Origin: Clostridium sp.
GTDB taxonomy: Bacteria > Bacillota > Clostridia > Lachnospirales > Lachnospiraceae
Length of the DNA: 64,000 nucleotides
Assembly (NCBI GenBank): GCA_023664605.1
Contig: JAMPFF010000010.1
Span: forward strand, 13,174-77,173
Direction of reading: 5' to 3'
Under the pieces are notes generated by a model. That model made no database searches, was not told the origin of the DNA, and worked only from the letters and a program-made list of their open reading frames with translations. Position numbers and translations under genes: made by a program. This document shows positions 56,648 through 64,000 of this stretch, one piece after another; positions within the stretch are counted from its first letter, which is position 1; each line of letters starts with the position of its first letter.

Positions 56648-57505
56648 TCAAGGCTTCGTTCCATACACGACTCTGTCGAGTCCTGCAAAATCCTTTACAA
56701 CTTCCACTTCTTTATATCCTGCCACCGTCATTATCTCTTTTACGGCTTCTCCCTCATCATATCCGATTTCAAAAAAAAGCATCCCGCCACCGGTCAGATA
56801 ATCACCCGCCTGTTCTATGATGCGGCGGTAAAAATACAGACCGTCCTCTTTTCCGTCTAACGCAAGGCGCGGCTCAAACTCCCGCACTTCCGGCATCAGT
56901 GTATCAATGACGCTGCTCTGTATATAAGGCGGATTAGAGACAATAATTTCAAATGTATCAGCTTCCGTAAGCGGCTCAAATAAATCGCCCTGTAAAAAGG
57001 ATACCCGGATATCTTCTTTTAAGTTCCTGATTTTTTCGGCGTTTTTTTCTGCAGTTTGCAGCGCGCTTCCGGAAATATCTATGCCCAGCCCCGTGCAGTC
57101 GTTGGAATAATACAAAAGACTTAACAAAATACAGCCCGAACCGGTACACATATCCAAAATGCGCATACCATCATGCAGATGCCGCATTACTTCCTCCACC
57201 AGTATCTCCGTATCCTGCCGCGGTATGAGGACATTCCCGTCTACGAAAAACGGCAACCCCATAAACTCCTGGATACCGGTGATATATTGCAACGGCCTGC
57301 GCGTCTTTCTTTCAGCAATATAGTTTACATAACATTCTTTCTCTTTTACCGAAACTTCCCGTTCCCCATGCGCTAACAGTGTGTTTCTATCCGTTTTACA
57401 TACCGCTTCCAGCAGCAACCGGGCATCCGTTTCCGCTTCTGGAATATCGGCTTGTTGCAACTGTGACACACCCCATTCATATGCCTGCCTGTAATTCCAT
57501 TTCAT
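56648..57505 (-). CDS. prmC: Release factor glutamine methyltransferase
   Basis: LIPRQDTE, LDMCTGSG, SNPPY. Confidence 0.95.
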   Translation of the reverse strand: MKWNYRQAYEWGVSQLQQADIPEAETDARLLLEAVCKTDRNTLLAHGEREVSVKEKECYVNYIAERKTRRPLQYITGIQEFMGLPFFVDGNVLIPRQDTEILVEEVMRHLHDGMRILDMCTGSGCILLSLLYYSNDCTGLGIDISGSALQTAEKNAEKIRNLKEDIRVSFLQGDLFEPLTEADTFEIIVSNPPYIQSSVIDTLMPEVREFEPRLALDGKEDGLYFYRRIIEQAGDYLTGGGMLFFEIGYDEGEAVKEIMTVAGYKEVEVVKDFAGLDRVVYGTKP

Positions 57506-57525
57506 GCCTGCCGCTCCGTTATTTT

Positions 57526-58524
57526 TTAATCTTCCTCGTCTTCCTTTTTTTCGTCGTCATCCAGCCAGGAATCATCCACCTCATAACCGAACGCCTCATA
57601 CAGATACGCTTTCCAATCAAAAACGGCCTCTACCGCCGCGATGGCAACTTCAACCATATCTTCGTCGGGTTCTTTGGTGGTCAGTCTTTGCAGCCACATA
57701 CCCGGCGCGGAAATAATCCTTACGAAAATGTTATCGCTTTTTCCGGCCAGTCTGATAATCTCATAAGAGATACCGGCGATTACCGGTATCAAGGCGATAC
57801 GAAGCAATACCTTATAGACCGGATTGTCTACCCGGATAAAGAAAAACAAAACAACGCTGACTAACATAACAAACAATAAGAAGCTGGTCCCACAGCGTTT
57901 ATGCTGCTTGGAACTTCTCATGACATTACGCACGGTAAGCGGACGGCCTTTTTCGATGCAGTTGATACATTTATGCTCCGCGCCGTGATACATGTATACT
58001 CTCCTGATATCTTTCATCAAAGAGATACTGAAAACATAGATAACAAAAATCAAAATACGGATAACGCCCTCGATAATCGCCATCAAAGAAGCGTTCCTTA
58101 CATAGTCCTGAAATAAAGACGTCAGATAGTAAGGCAGCACCATAAAAATGGCAATAGCCAGCACAACGGACAGGATGGTTACAATTCCCGTAAACGCCTT
58201 CTCCGCTTTATCTTTAAATATCCTGTCAAAGGCTTTATCCGCCGCCGTCTCTTTCGCTTCTTCCTCCTCATAAAATCCGGCGGAAAAATTCAGGCTCTTC
58301 ATTCCCAACACCAGAGAATCTATAAAATTAAAAATCCCTCTGATAAAAGGAATTTTTAACAGTTTACTGTCATGCAGCACGCCATGGTAGGTGTCTACAT
58401 CCACTTCAATTTCCCCGTTCGGCTTACGGACGGCTACCGCGTACTGCTCTTTATTCTTCATCATAATGCCTTCCAGAACAGCCTGCCCGCCGATTCCGGA
58501 ATAACGGTTATGCTTCTTCCTCAC
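57526..58524 (-). CDS. DUF1385 family membrane protein (YqhQ-like)
   Basis: GGQAVLEGIMM, YHGAEHK, RCGTSF, TTKEPD; usual rpmE-prmC context. Confidence 0.9.
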   Translation of the reverse strand: MRKKHNRYSGIGGQAVLEGIMMKNKEQYAVAVRKPNGEIEVDVDTYHGVLHDSKLLKIPFIRGIFNFIDSLVLGMKSLNFSAGFYEEEEAKETAADKAFDRIFKDKAEKAFTGIVTILSVVLAIAIFMVLPYYLTSLFQDYVRNASLMAIIEGVIRILIFVIYVFSISLMKDIRRVYMYHGAEHKCINCIEKGRPLTVRNVMRSSKQHKRCGTSFLLFVMLVSVVLFFFIRVDNPVYKVLLRIALIPVIAGISYEIIRLAGKSDNIFVRIISAPGMWLQRLTTKEPDEDMVEVAIAAVEAVFDWKAYLYEAFGYEVDDSWLDDDEKKEDEED

Positions 58525-58616
58525 TTTAATACCATGCCTTTCTCAGAGTGCGATGTTTGGCGCTTACGCGTCAAACTCGCGGCTGAAAGAACGCAGTGCT
58601 TTCAGCCTATTTAAAT

Positions 58617-58646
58617 AAGGTTGAGATATGCACCCCAACCTTTTTT
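58617..58646. terminator. Hairpin downstream of rpmE
   Basis: AAGGTTGAG-ATATGCAC-CCCAACCTT-TTTT. Confidence 0.55.
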
Positions 58647-58654
58647 AAACCAAA

Positions 58655-58861
58655 TTATTTGCTTTCCACACCGTACTTCCTATTGAACTTATCAATACGT
58701 CCACGAGCCTGTGCCGCTTTCTGCTGGCCTGTGTAGAATGAATGGCATTTGGAACATACTTCTACGTGAATTTCAGGTTTTGTGGAACCTGTTACAAATG
58801 TATTGCCGCAGTTGCAAGTTACGGTTGCCTGATAATATTCAGGATGTATTCCTTCTTTCAT
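58655..58861 (-). CDS. rpmE: 50S ribosomal protein L31 (zinc-binding C+ type)
   Basis: [23 protein letters not shown]. Confidence 0.97.
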   Translation of the reverse strand: MKEGIHPEYYQATVTCNCGNTFVTGSTKPEIHVEVCSKCHSFYTGQQKAAQARGRIDKFNRKYGVESK

Positions 58862-58942
58862 TTTATCGTACTCCCTCCTGTTTTATATGAATCAACAGCT
58901 TATACATTGTAGCATAGCGTGGGAGCGTATGCAAGCATTTTT

Positions 58943-60295
58943 TTAGAGAAACTTCATCTTTTTTACCATATTTACAAACTCGATGTTATTTCTGGTTCTT
59001 GCAAACATGTCTAAAACCTTGTCAACCGCTTCTTCCGGTTTTAAGCTGTTTAAGGCTTTGCGGATAATGTTGATTGCTTCCAGTTCTTCCGGCGCTAACA
59101 GCAAATCCTCTCTTCTTGTGCTGGACTTGGGAATATCGATTGCCGGGAACACTCTCTTTTCAGACAATTTTCTGTCAAGCACGATTTCCATATTACCGGT
59201 TCCCTTAAATTCCTCATAGACCACATCATCCATTTTGCTTCCGGTTTCTACCAAAGCCGTCGCCAGAATCGTCAGGCTGCCGCCCTCTCTCATATTTCTC
59301 GCCGCGCCAAAGAAACGTTTCGGCATATGCAGCGCCGCCGGATCCAGACCACCGGACAATGTACGTCCGCTCGGGGGAACCGTCAGGTTATAGGCTCTTG
59401 TCAGACGCGTAATGCTGTCTAACAGGATAACGACGTCTTTTCTATGTTCCACGAGACGCTTTCCGCGCTCTATTACCATCTCCGAAACTCTCTTATGATG
59501 CTCCGGTAATTCGTCAAATGTAGAATAGATAACTTCTACATTCGGTCCCTCAATCGCCTCTTTAATATCCGTTACTTCCTCCGGGCGTTCGTCAATCAAC
59601 AGAATAATCAGATGCGCATCCGGCGTGCTTCTGGTGATGGATTTTGCCACTTCTTTTAATAAGGTTGTCTTACCGGCCTTAGGCGGAGACACAATCATAC
59701 CTCTCTGTCCTTTGCCGACGGGGCTTATCAAATCCATAATCCGCATGGCCACGGAAGATCCCGGCACTTCCAGTTTCAAACGCTCATTGGGGAAAATCGG
59801 CGTTAAATCTTCAAAATTCGCTCTGCGCATAGCAATCTCGGGCGGATAGCCGTTGATGGATTTCACATAGAGCAAGGCGCTGAACTTCTCGCTCTGCGTC
59901 TTTACCCTTGTATTTCCCTCCAGAATGTCGCCTGTCTTAAGCCCGAATCTTCTAATCTGGCTCGGAGCCACATAGACATCATTTTCTCCCGGAAGATAAT
60001 TCTCACAGCGGATGAAGCCGAAACCGTCGCTCATGACTTCCAAAATGCCATGCGCCAACTGTCCGCTGTCCAATTCCGCCGGAAATTTTTCCTCTTCTCC
60101 GCCTTCCCGTTCCTGTCTTTTTGGCACGATTGACTTTACCGCAACTTCTTTTCCTTCTGCCTTGTCCTTCTCGTCTTCCCGCAGCATCGCCTCTACCAAA
60201 TCCGCCTTTTTCATCGTTGACGTTCCTTTGATGCCCCGCGCTTTCGCAATTTCCTTTAAATCCGTAAGCGCCAATGATTCATACTTTTCTCTCAT
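58943..60295 (-). CDS. rho: Transcription termination factor Rho
   Basis: [40 protein letters not shown]. Confidence 0.97.
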   Translation of the reverse strand: MREKYESLALTDLKEIAKARGIKGTSTMKKADLVEAMLREDEKDKAEGKEVAVKSIVPKRQEREGGEEEKFPAELDSGQLAHGILEVMSDGFGFIRCENYLPGENDVYVAPSQIRRFGLKTGDILEGNTRVKTQSEKFSALLYVKSINGYPPEIAMRRANFEDLTPIFPNERLKLEVPGSSVAMRIMDLISPVGKGQRGMIVSPPKAGKTTLLKEVAKSITRSTPDAHLIILLIDERPEEVTDIKEAIEGPNVEVIYSTFDELPEHHKRVSEMVIERGKRLVEHRKDVVILLDSITRLTRAYNLTVPPSGRTLSGGLDPAALHMPKRFFGAARNMREGGSLTILATALVETGSKMDDVVYEEFKGTGNMEIVLDRKLSEKRVFPAIDIPKSSTRREDLLLAPEELEAINIIRKALNSLKPEEAVDKVLDMFARTRNNIEFVNMVKKMKFL

Positions 60296-60632
60296 AAAGT
60301 CCTCCTGTACTTTCGTAAATGATATCGAAGCAGAATATTTATCTATTTATTGAATCCTCACTAATTTATTCACTCTTTGGTTAAGGGGTTAGTTTCTGAT
60401 ATGTATTACCGAAATGACATCTTCACCTAATTAACAAATATATTATACACTAACATTTTCAAAATAGAAAGTGTTTTTTTAAATTTTTTATGAAAATATT
60501 GTCCAAAATAATATAAGTATATTGACTTTTTAGATTATGCAAGTATAATTGTATACAATCGCTCGGTTTATTATCTCTTTGCCGAGAAAAGTAATCGTTC
60601 AATTTACAGGCCGAGCGGAACGGAGGATGAAC

Positions 60633-62009
60633 ATGAAAGAAATACGATACAACCAACACACACATCTGTTAGAGGAAAACCAGTATGTTTACGGTCTGCA
60701 GGATGTGGAAAATCCGGAATTATTCAGGGAGATTTTCCCTTATGATATGGTTCCCAAGATTACCTACAACCACAGGCATGTGCCGATTAACATGCCGGAA
60801 GAAATCTACATATCGGACACTACGTTCCGCGATGGCCAGCAGTCCAGAACACCTTATACGGTTGAGCAGATTGTTACCATATATAAAATGCTGCATCAGT
60901 TGTCCGGTCCAAACGGCATTATCCGGCAGAGCGAATTTTTCGTCTATTCTAAAAGAGACCGCGACGCGATTGAAAAATGTATGGAGCTTGGCTACGAATT
61001 TCCGGAAATTACAACATGGATTCGCGCCACCAAGGAGGATTTTGCGCTTGCCAAAAGCATGGGCATCAAAGAAACCGGCATTCTCGTAAGCTGCTCCGAT
61101 TATCATATTTTTAATAAAATGGGATTATCAAGAAGCCAGGCCATCGACAAATACCTTAAGGTTATCAAGGAATGTCTTGATGCCGGACTGCGCCCGCGCT
61201 GCCACTTTGAGGATATTACGCGCGCCGATTTTTACGGCTTTGTTATTCCTTTTGCCATAAAACTTAATGAACTTTCTGAAGAATACCAGATTCCGATTAA
61301 AATACGCGCTTGTGATACGCTGGGGCTTGGCGTCTCCTATCCCGGCGTATCTCTGCCCCGAAGCGTTCCCGGCATTATTTACGGTCTGTCTCACTATGCG
61401 GGTATCTCGAGCGATATGATTGAGTGGCACGGACATAACGACTTCTACAAGGGAGTTTCCAACGCCTCGACGGCATGGCTTTACGGCGCGTCAACCGTCA
61501 ACTGTTCTTTACTTGGCATCGGAGAACGCACCGGGAATGTTCCTTTGGAGGCAATGGTCTTTGAATACGCTTCCTTTAAAGGCTCTTTTGACGGCATGGA
61601 GCCGACTGTCATTACCGATATCGCCCGCTATATCGCGGATGAGACCGGCTATGACATCCCGCCCATGACCCCGTTTATCGGCGATAATTTCAACCTGACT
61701 AAAGCGGGCATCCATGCGGACGGACTTTTAAAAGACGAGGAAATTTATAATATTTTCGATACCAAAAAGCTCTTAAACCGCCCGCCGCTTGTCGCTATCA
61801 ACAATATTTCCGGCGTTGCGGGCATCGCCTACTGGCTGAACCAGTACTATAATAATACGGAAGAAAATATGATTTCCAAGAAAGACCCGCTTGTTTTGTA
61901 TATTAAAAAGTGGGTGGACGAACAGTACGCGTCAGGGCGCATTACCTATATCACCACCTCCGAAATGTTATCCCTTGTCGATGAATACCGCGCGCAGAAT
62001 AATTCATAA
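60633..62009 (+). CDS. DRE-TIM acyltransferase, Re-citrate synthase/isopropylmalate-synthase-like
   Basis: DTTFRDGQQ, EWHGHND, GIGERTGN, KAGIHADG; start MKEIRY after GGAGG. Confidence 0.8.
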   Translation: MKEIRYNQHTHLLEENQYVYGLQDVENPELFREIFPYDMVPKITYNHRHVPINMPEEIYISDTTFRDGQQSRTPYTVEQIVTIYKMLHQLSGPNGIIRQSEFFVYSKRDRDAIEKCMELGYEFPEITTWIRATKEDFALAKSMGIKETGILVSCSDYHIFNKMGLSRSQAIDKYLKVIKECLDAGLRPRCHFEDITRADFYGFVIPFAIKLNELSEEYQIPIKIRACDTLGLGVSYPGVSLPRSVPGIIYGLSHYAGISSDMIEWHGHNDFYKGVSNASTAWLYGASTVNCSLLGIGERTGNVPLEAMVFEYASFKGSFDGMEPTVITDIARYIADETGYDIPPMTPFIGDNFNLTKAGIHADGLLKDEEIYNIFDTKKLLNRPPLVAINNISGVAGIAYWLNQYYNNTEENMISKKDPLVLYIKKWVDEQYASGRITYITTSEMLSLVDEYRAQNNS

Positions 62010-62010
62010 C

Positions 62011-62220
62011 ACGGAAGTCAATTTTCAGTTATCTTTCGCTTATGAAATGGCAGGACAGAGATAAATCCCTTGTCGGTACGCTTTCGCTTCATGAAAAATG
62101 TAACGGTAGTAAATTCGTGAAAAACCTCATTAACTACCGACATTTTTCGAGAACCGCTTCGGTATTTATCTCTGCCCTGTCAGCTTTAAAATGAAGCAAT
62201 AACTGAAAATCGATTTCCGT
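62011..62220. repeat. Nested palindromic intergenic element D
   Basis: Outer 20/22 IR 62011-62032/62199-62220, middle 15/16 IR 62051-62066/62164-62179, inner IR around 62094-62147. Confidence 0.8.
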
Positions 62221-62293
62221 ACATTTATAAAAGGATTGCGGAAAAAAATACTATAATATATAATGGAAACAGTGAAAAAAAGAAAAACGAGGT

Positions 62294-63454
62294 ATGACTA
62301 TGACAACAAATGAAAAAGCTTTAGCGCTTCATGAAGAGTGGAACGGCAAACTGGAAACGGTTTCCAAAACGCCGGTCAAAACAAGGGAGGATTTGGCTCT
62401 TGCCTATACGCCGGGCGTAGCGGAACCATGCAAGGTGATTGCGGATAACAAAGACGCCGCTTACACTTATACATGGAAGGCAAATACTATCGCCGTTGTT
62501 TCCGACGGAAGCGCCGTTCTCGGTCTTGGCAATATCGGTTCCCACGCCGCTATGCCCGTCATGGAGGGAAAAGCTGTTTTATTCAAGGAATTTGGCGGCG
62601 TCAATGCCGTTCCCATCTGTCTTGATACGCAGGACACGGAGGAAATTATCAAAGCCGTAACGTATCTTGCGCCGGGCTTTGGCGGCATCAACTTAGAGGA
62701 TATCAGCGCGCCGCGCTGCTTTGAAATAGAAGAAAGGCTAAAAGCGACTTTGGACATTCCCGTATTCCACGACGACCAGCACGGCACGGCCATCGTTGTG
62801 CTTGCGGGTACGATTAATGCACTGAAAGTCGTAGGCAAGCAGAAAGAAGACTGTAAGGTAGTCGTAAACGGTGCGGGAAGCGCAGGCATTGCTATTACAA
62901 AACTACTGTTAAATTACGGTTTTAAAGATATTATCCTGTGCGACAGCAAAGGTATTGTCTGCAAATCCAGAAATGGCTTAAATAAAGTAAAACAGCAGAT
63001 AACGGAAATTACTAATTTAAAGAATGAATCCGGCACACTTGCCGATGCGTTAAAAGACGCTGATATTTTCATAGGTGTTTCCGCTCCCAATGTCGTAACG
63101 GCGGATATGGTATCTTCCATGAAAAAAGACTCTATCATCTTTGCCATGGCTAATCCTGTTCCCGAAATTATGCCGGATGTGGCAAAGGCTGCGGGCGCAC
63201 GCGTTGTCGGCACGGGCCGTTCCGATTTCCCGAACCAGATTAATAACGTTGTCGCTTTCCCCGGTATTTTCAAAGGCGCACTGGAAGGCCGCGCAAAGCA
63301 GATTACGGAAGAAATGAAGCTTGCCGCCGCACTTGCTCTTGCCGCGCTTGTGCCGGATGATAAGTTAAACGAAGATAACGTAATGCCGGAAGCTTTCGAC
63401 CCGAAAGTGGCGCAGACGGTTGCCGAAGCGGTCAAGGCTCACATCCATTCCTAA
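62294..63454 (+). CDS. NAD(P)-dependent malic enzyme
   Basis: AYTPGVAEPC, VMEGK, INLEDI, FHDDQHGT, GAGSAG, GRSDFPNQINN. Confidence 0.95.
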   Translation: MTMTTNEKALALHEEWNGKLETVSKTPVKTREDLALAYTPGVAEPCKVIADNKDAAYTYTWKANTIAVVSDGSAVLGLGNIGSHAAMPVMEGKAVLFKEFGGVNAVPICLDTQDTEEIIKAVTYLAPGFGGINLEDISAPRCFEIEERLKATLDIPVFHDDQHGTAIVVLAGTINALKVVGKQKEDCKVVVNGAGSAGIAITKLLLNYGFKDIILCDSKGIVCKSRNGLNKVKQQITEITNLKNESGTLADALKDADIFIGVSAPNVVTADMVSSMKKDSIIFAMANPVPEIMPDVAKAAGARVVGTGRSDFPNQINNVVAFPGIFKGALEGRAKQITEEMKLAAALALAALVPDDKLNEDNVMPEAFDPKVAQTVAEAVKAHIHS

Positions 63455-63480
63455 CAGATTAGAAAGGCGTAAGAACCATT

Positions 63481-64000
63481 ATGGTACAGGACTCTATGAA
63501 TCAGGACAAGTTAATATTTTATAAGTTAATCGTCCTGTATATATTAAACCGCGCCGCTTTTCCGATTACCAAGGCGCAGGTTGCCGATTTTATTCTGGAA
63601 AAAGAATATATGGATTTTTTTACCTTACAGCAGGTTTTTTCCGAACTGGACGGCTCGGAAATGATATCGTCCAAATCTGTCCGCAACCGTACGCATCTTG
63701 CGATTACGGAACAGGGCAGGGAGACGCTGTACCTATTTCAAAACCGTATCAGCACCACAACGAAAGAAAAAATTGACGCATTTTTCAGGGAAAATGAGCT
63801 ACAGATGCGTAACGAAGTGTCCATACTCTCCGACTATTACAAATCCACCTCCGGAGAGTATGAGGCGCATTTAAGCGCGACGGAAAGAAATGTCCGGCTT
63901 ATCGATATCACCATATCAGTTCCGGACGAAGAAACCGCCTCATCCATCTGCGACAACTGGCAGAAAAAGAATCAGGCGGTTTATCAGCGTTTAATCGAAG
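63481..64000 (+). CDS. DUF4364-family winged-helix protein (partial at the right edge)
   Basis: Manual translation ...KLIVLYILNRAAFPITKAQVADFILEKEYMDFFTLQQ...SDYYKS...CDNWQKKNQAVY. Confidence 0.8.
   Translation, partial: MVQDSMNQDKLIFYKLIVLYILNRAAFPITKAQVADFILEKEYMDFFTLQQVFSELDGSEMISSKSVRNRTHLAITEQGRETLYLFQNRISTTTKEKIDAFFRENELQMRNEVSILSDYYKSTSGEYEAHLSATERNVRLIDITISVPDEETASSICDNWQKKNQAVYQRLIE

Overview
64 kb of a Firmicutes chromosome. Gene content and style suggest a gut Lachnospiraceae-like Clostridia (inference). Left to right: (1) a minus-strand chemosensory/c-di-GMP cluster (cheA partial, cheY-like, cheB, cheR, two REC-HD-GYP proteins of which one is degenerate, two sensor kinases); (2) a GH42/GH3/GH31 + ABC + AraC locus matching xyloglucan-oligosaccharide catabolism; (3) an AT-rich insert (about 24.1-27.0 kb) with a tightly coupled three-gene operon ending in a Cys-rich PIN-domain protein, a candidate undescribed defence system; (4) D,D-carboxypeptidase, NhaC-family transporter, Csp-type subtilase, csoR-copA with two CsoR boxes, AraC, M18 peptidase; (5) a minimal NRPS-like fatty-acid-amide cluster (SCP2, hydrolase, stand-alone C domain, ACP, acyl ligase, MATE); (6) an AT-rich defence island downstream of prfA, where a type I R-M system (hsdM frameshifted) is interleaved with a type III toxIN system, DUF4160/DUF2442, an MNT with a deleted HEPN partner, and a class III Fic; (7) housekeeping genes prfA, prmC, DUF1385, rpmE, rho, a Re-citrate-synthase-like gene, malic enzyme and DUF4364. 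Highlights outside the ORF track: a ToxI array of three sequence-divergent units that each keep an H-type pseudoknot by compensatory changes; four 200-220 bp nested-palindrome intergenic elements (two clearly homologous); a possible internally initiated CopZ inside copA; and an unlisted 42-aa membrane sORF. All family assignments come from motif recognition by eye; no searches were run.
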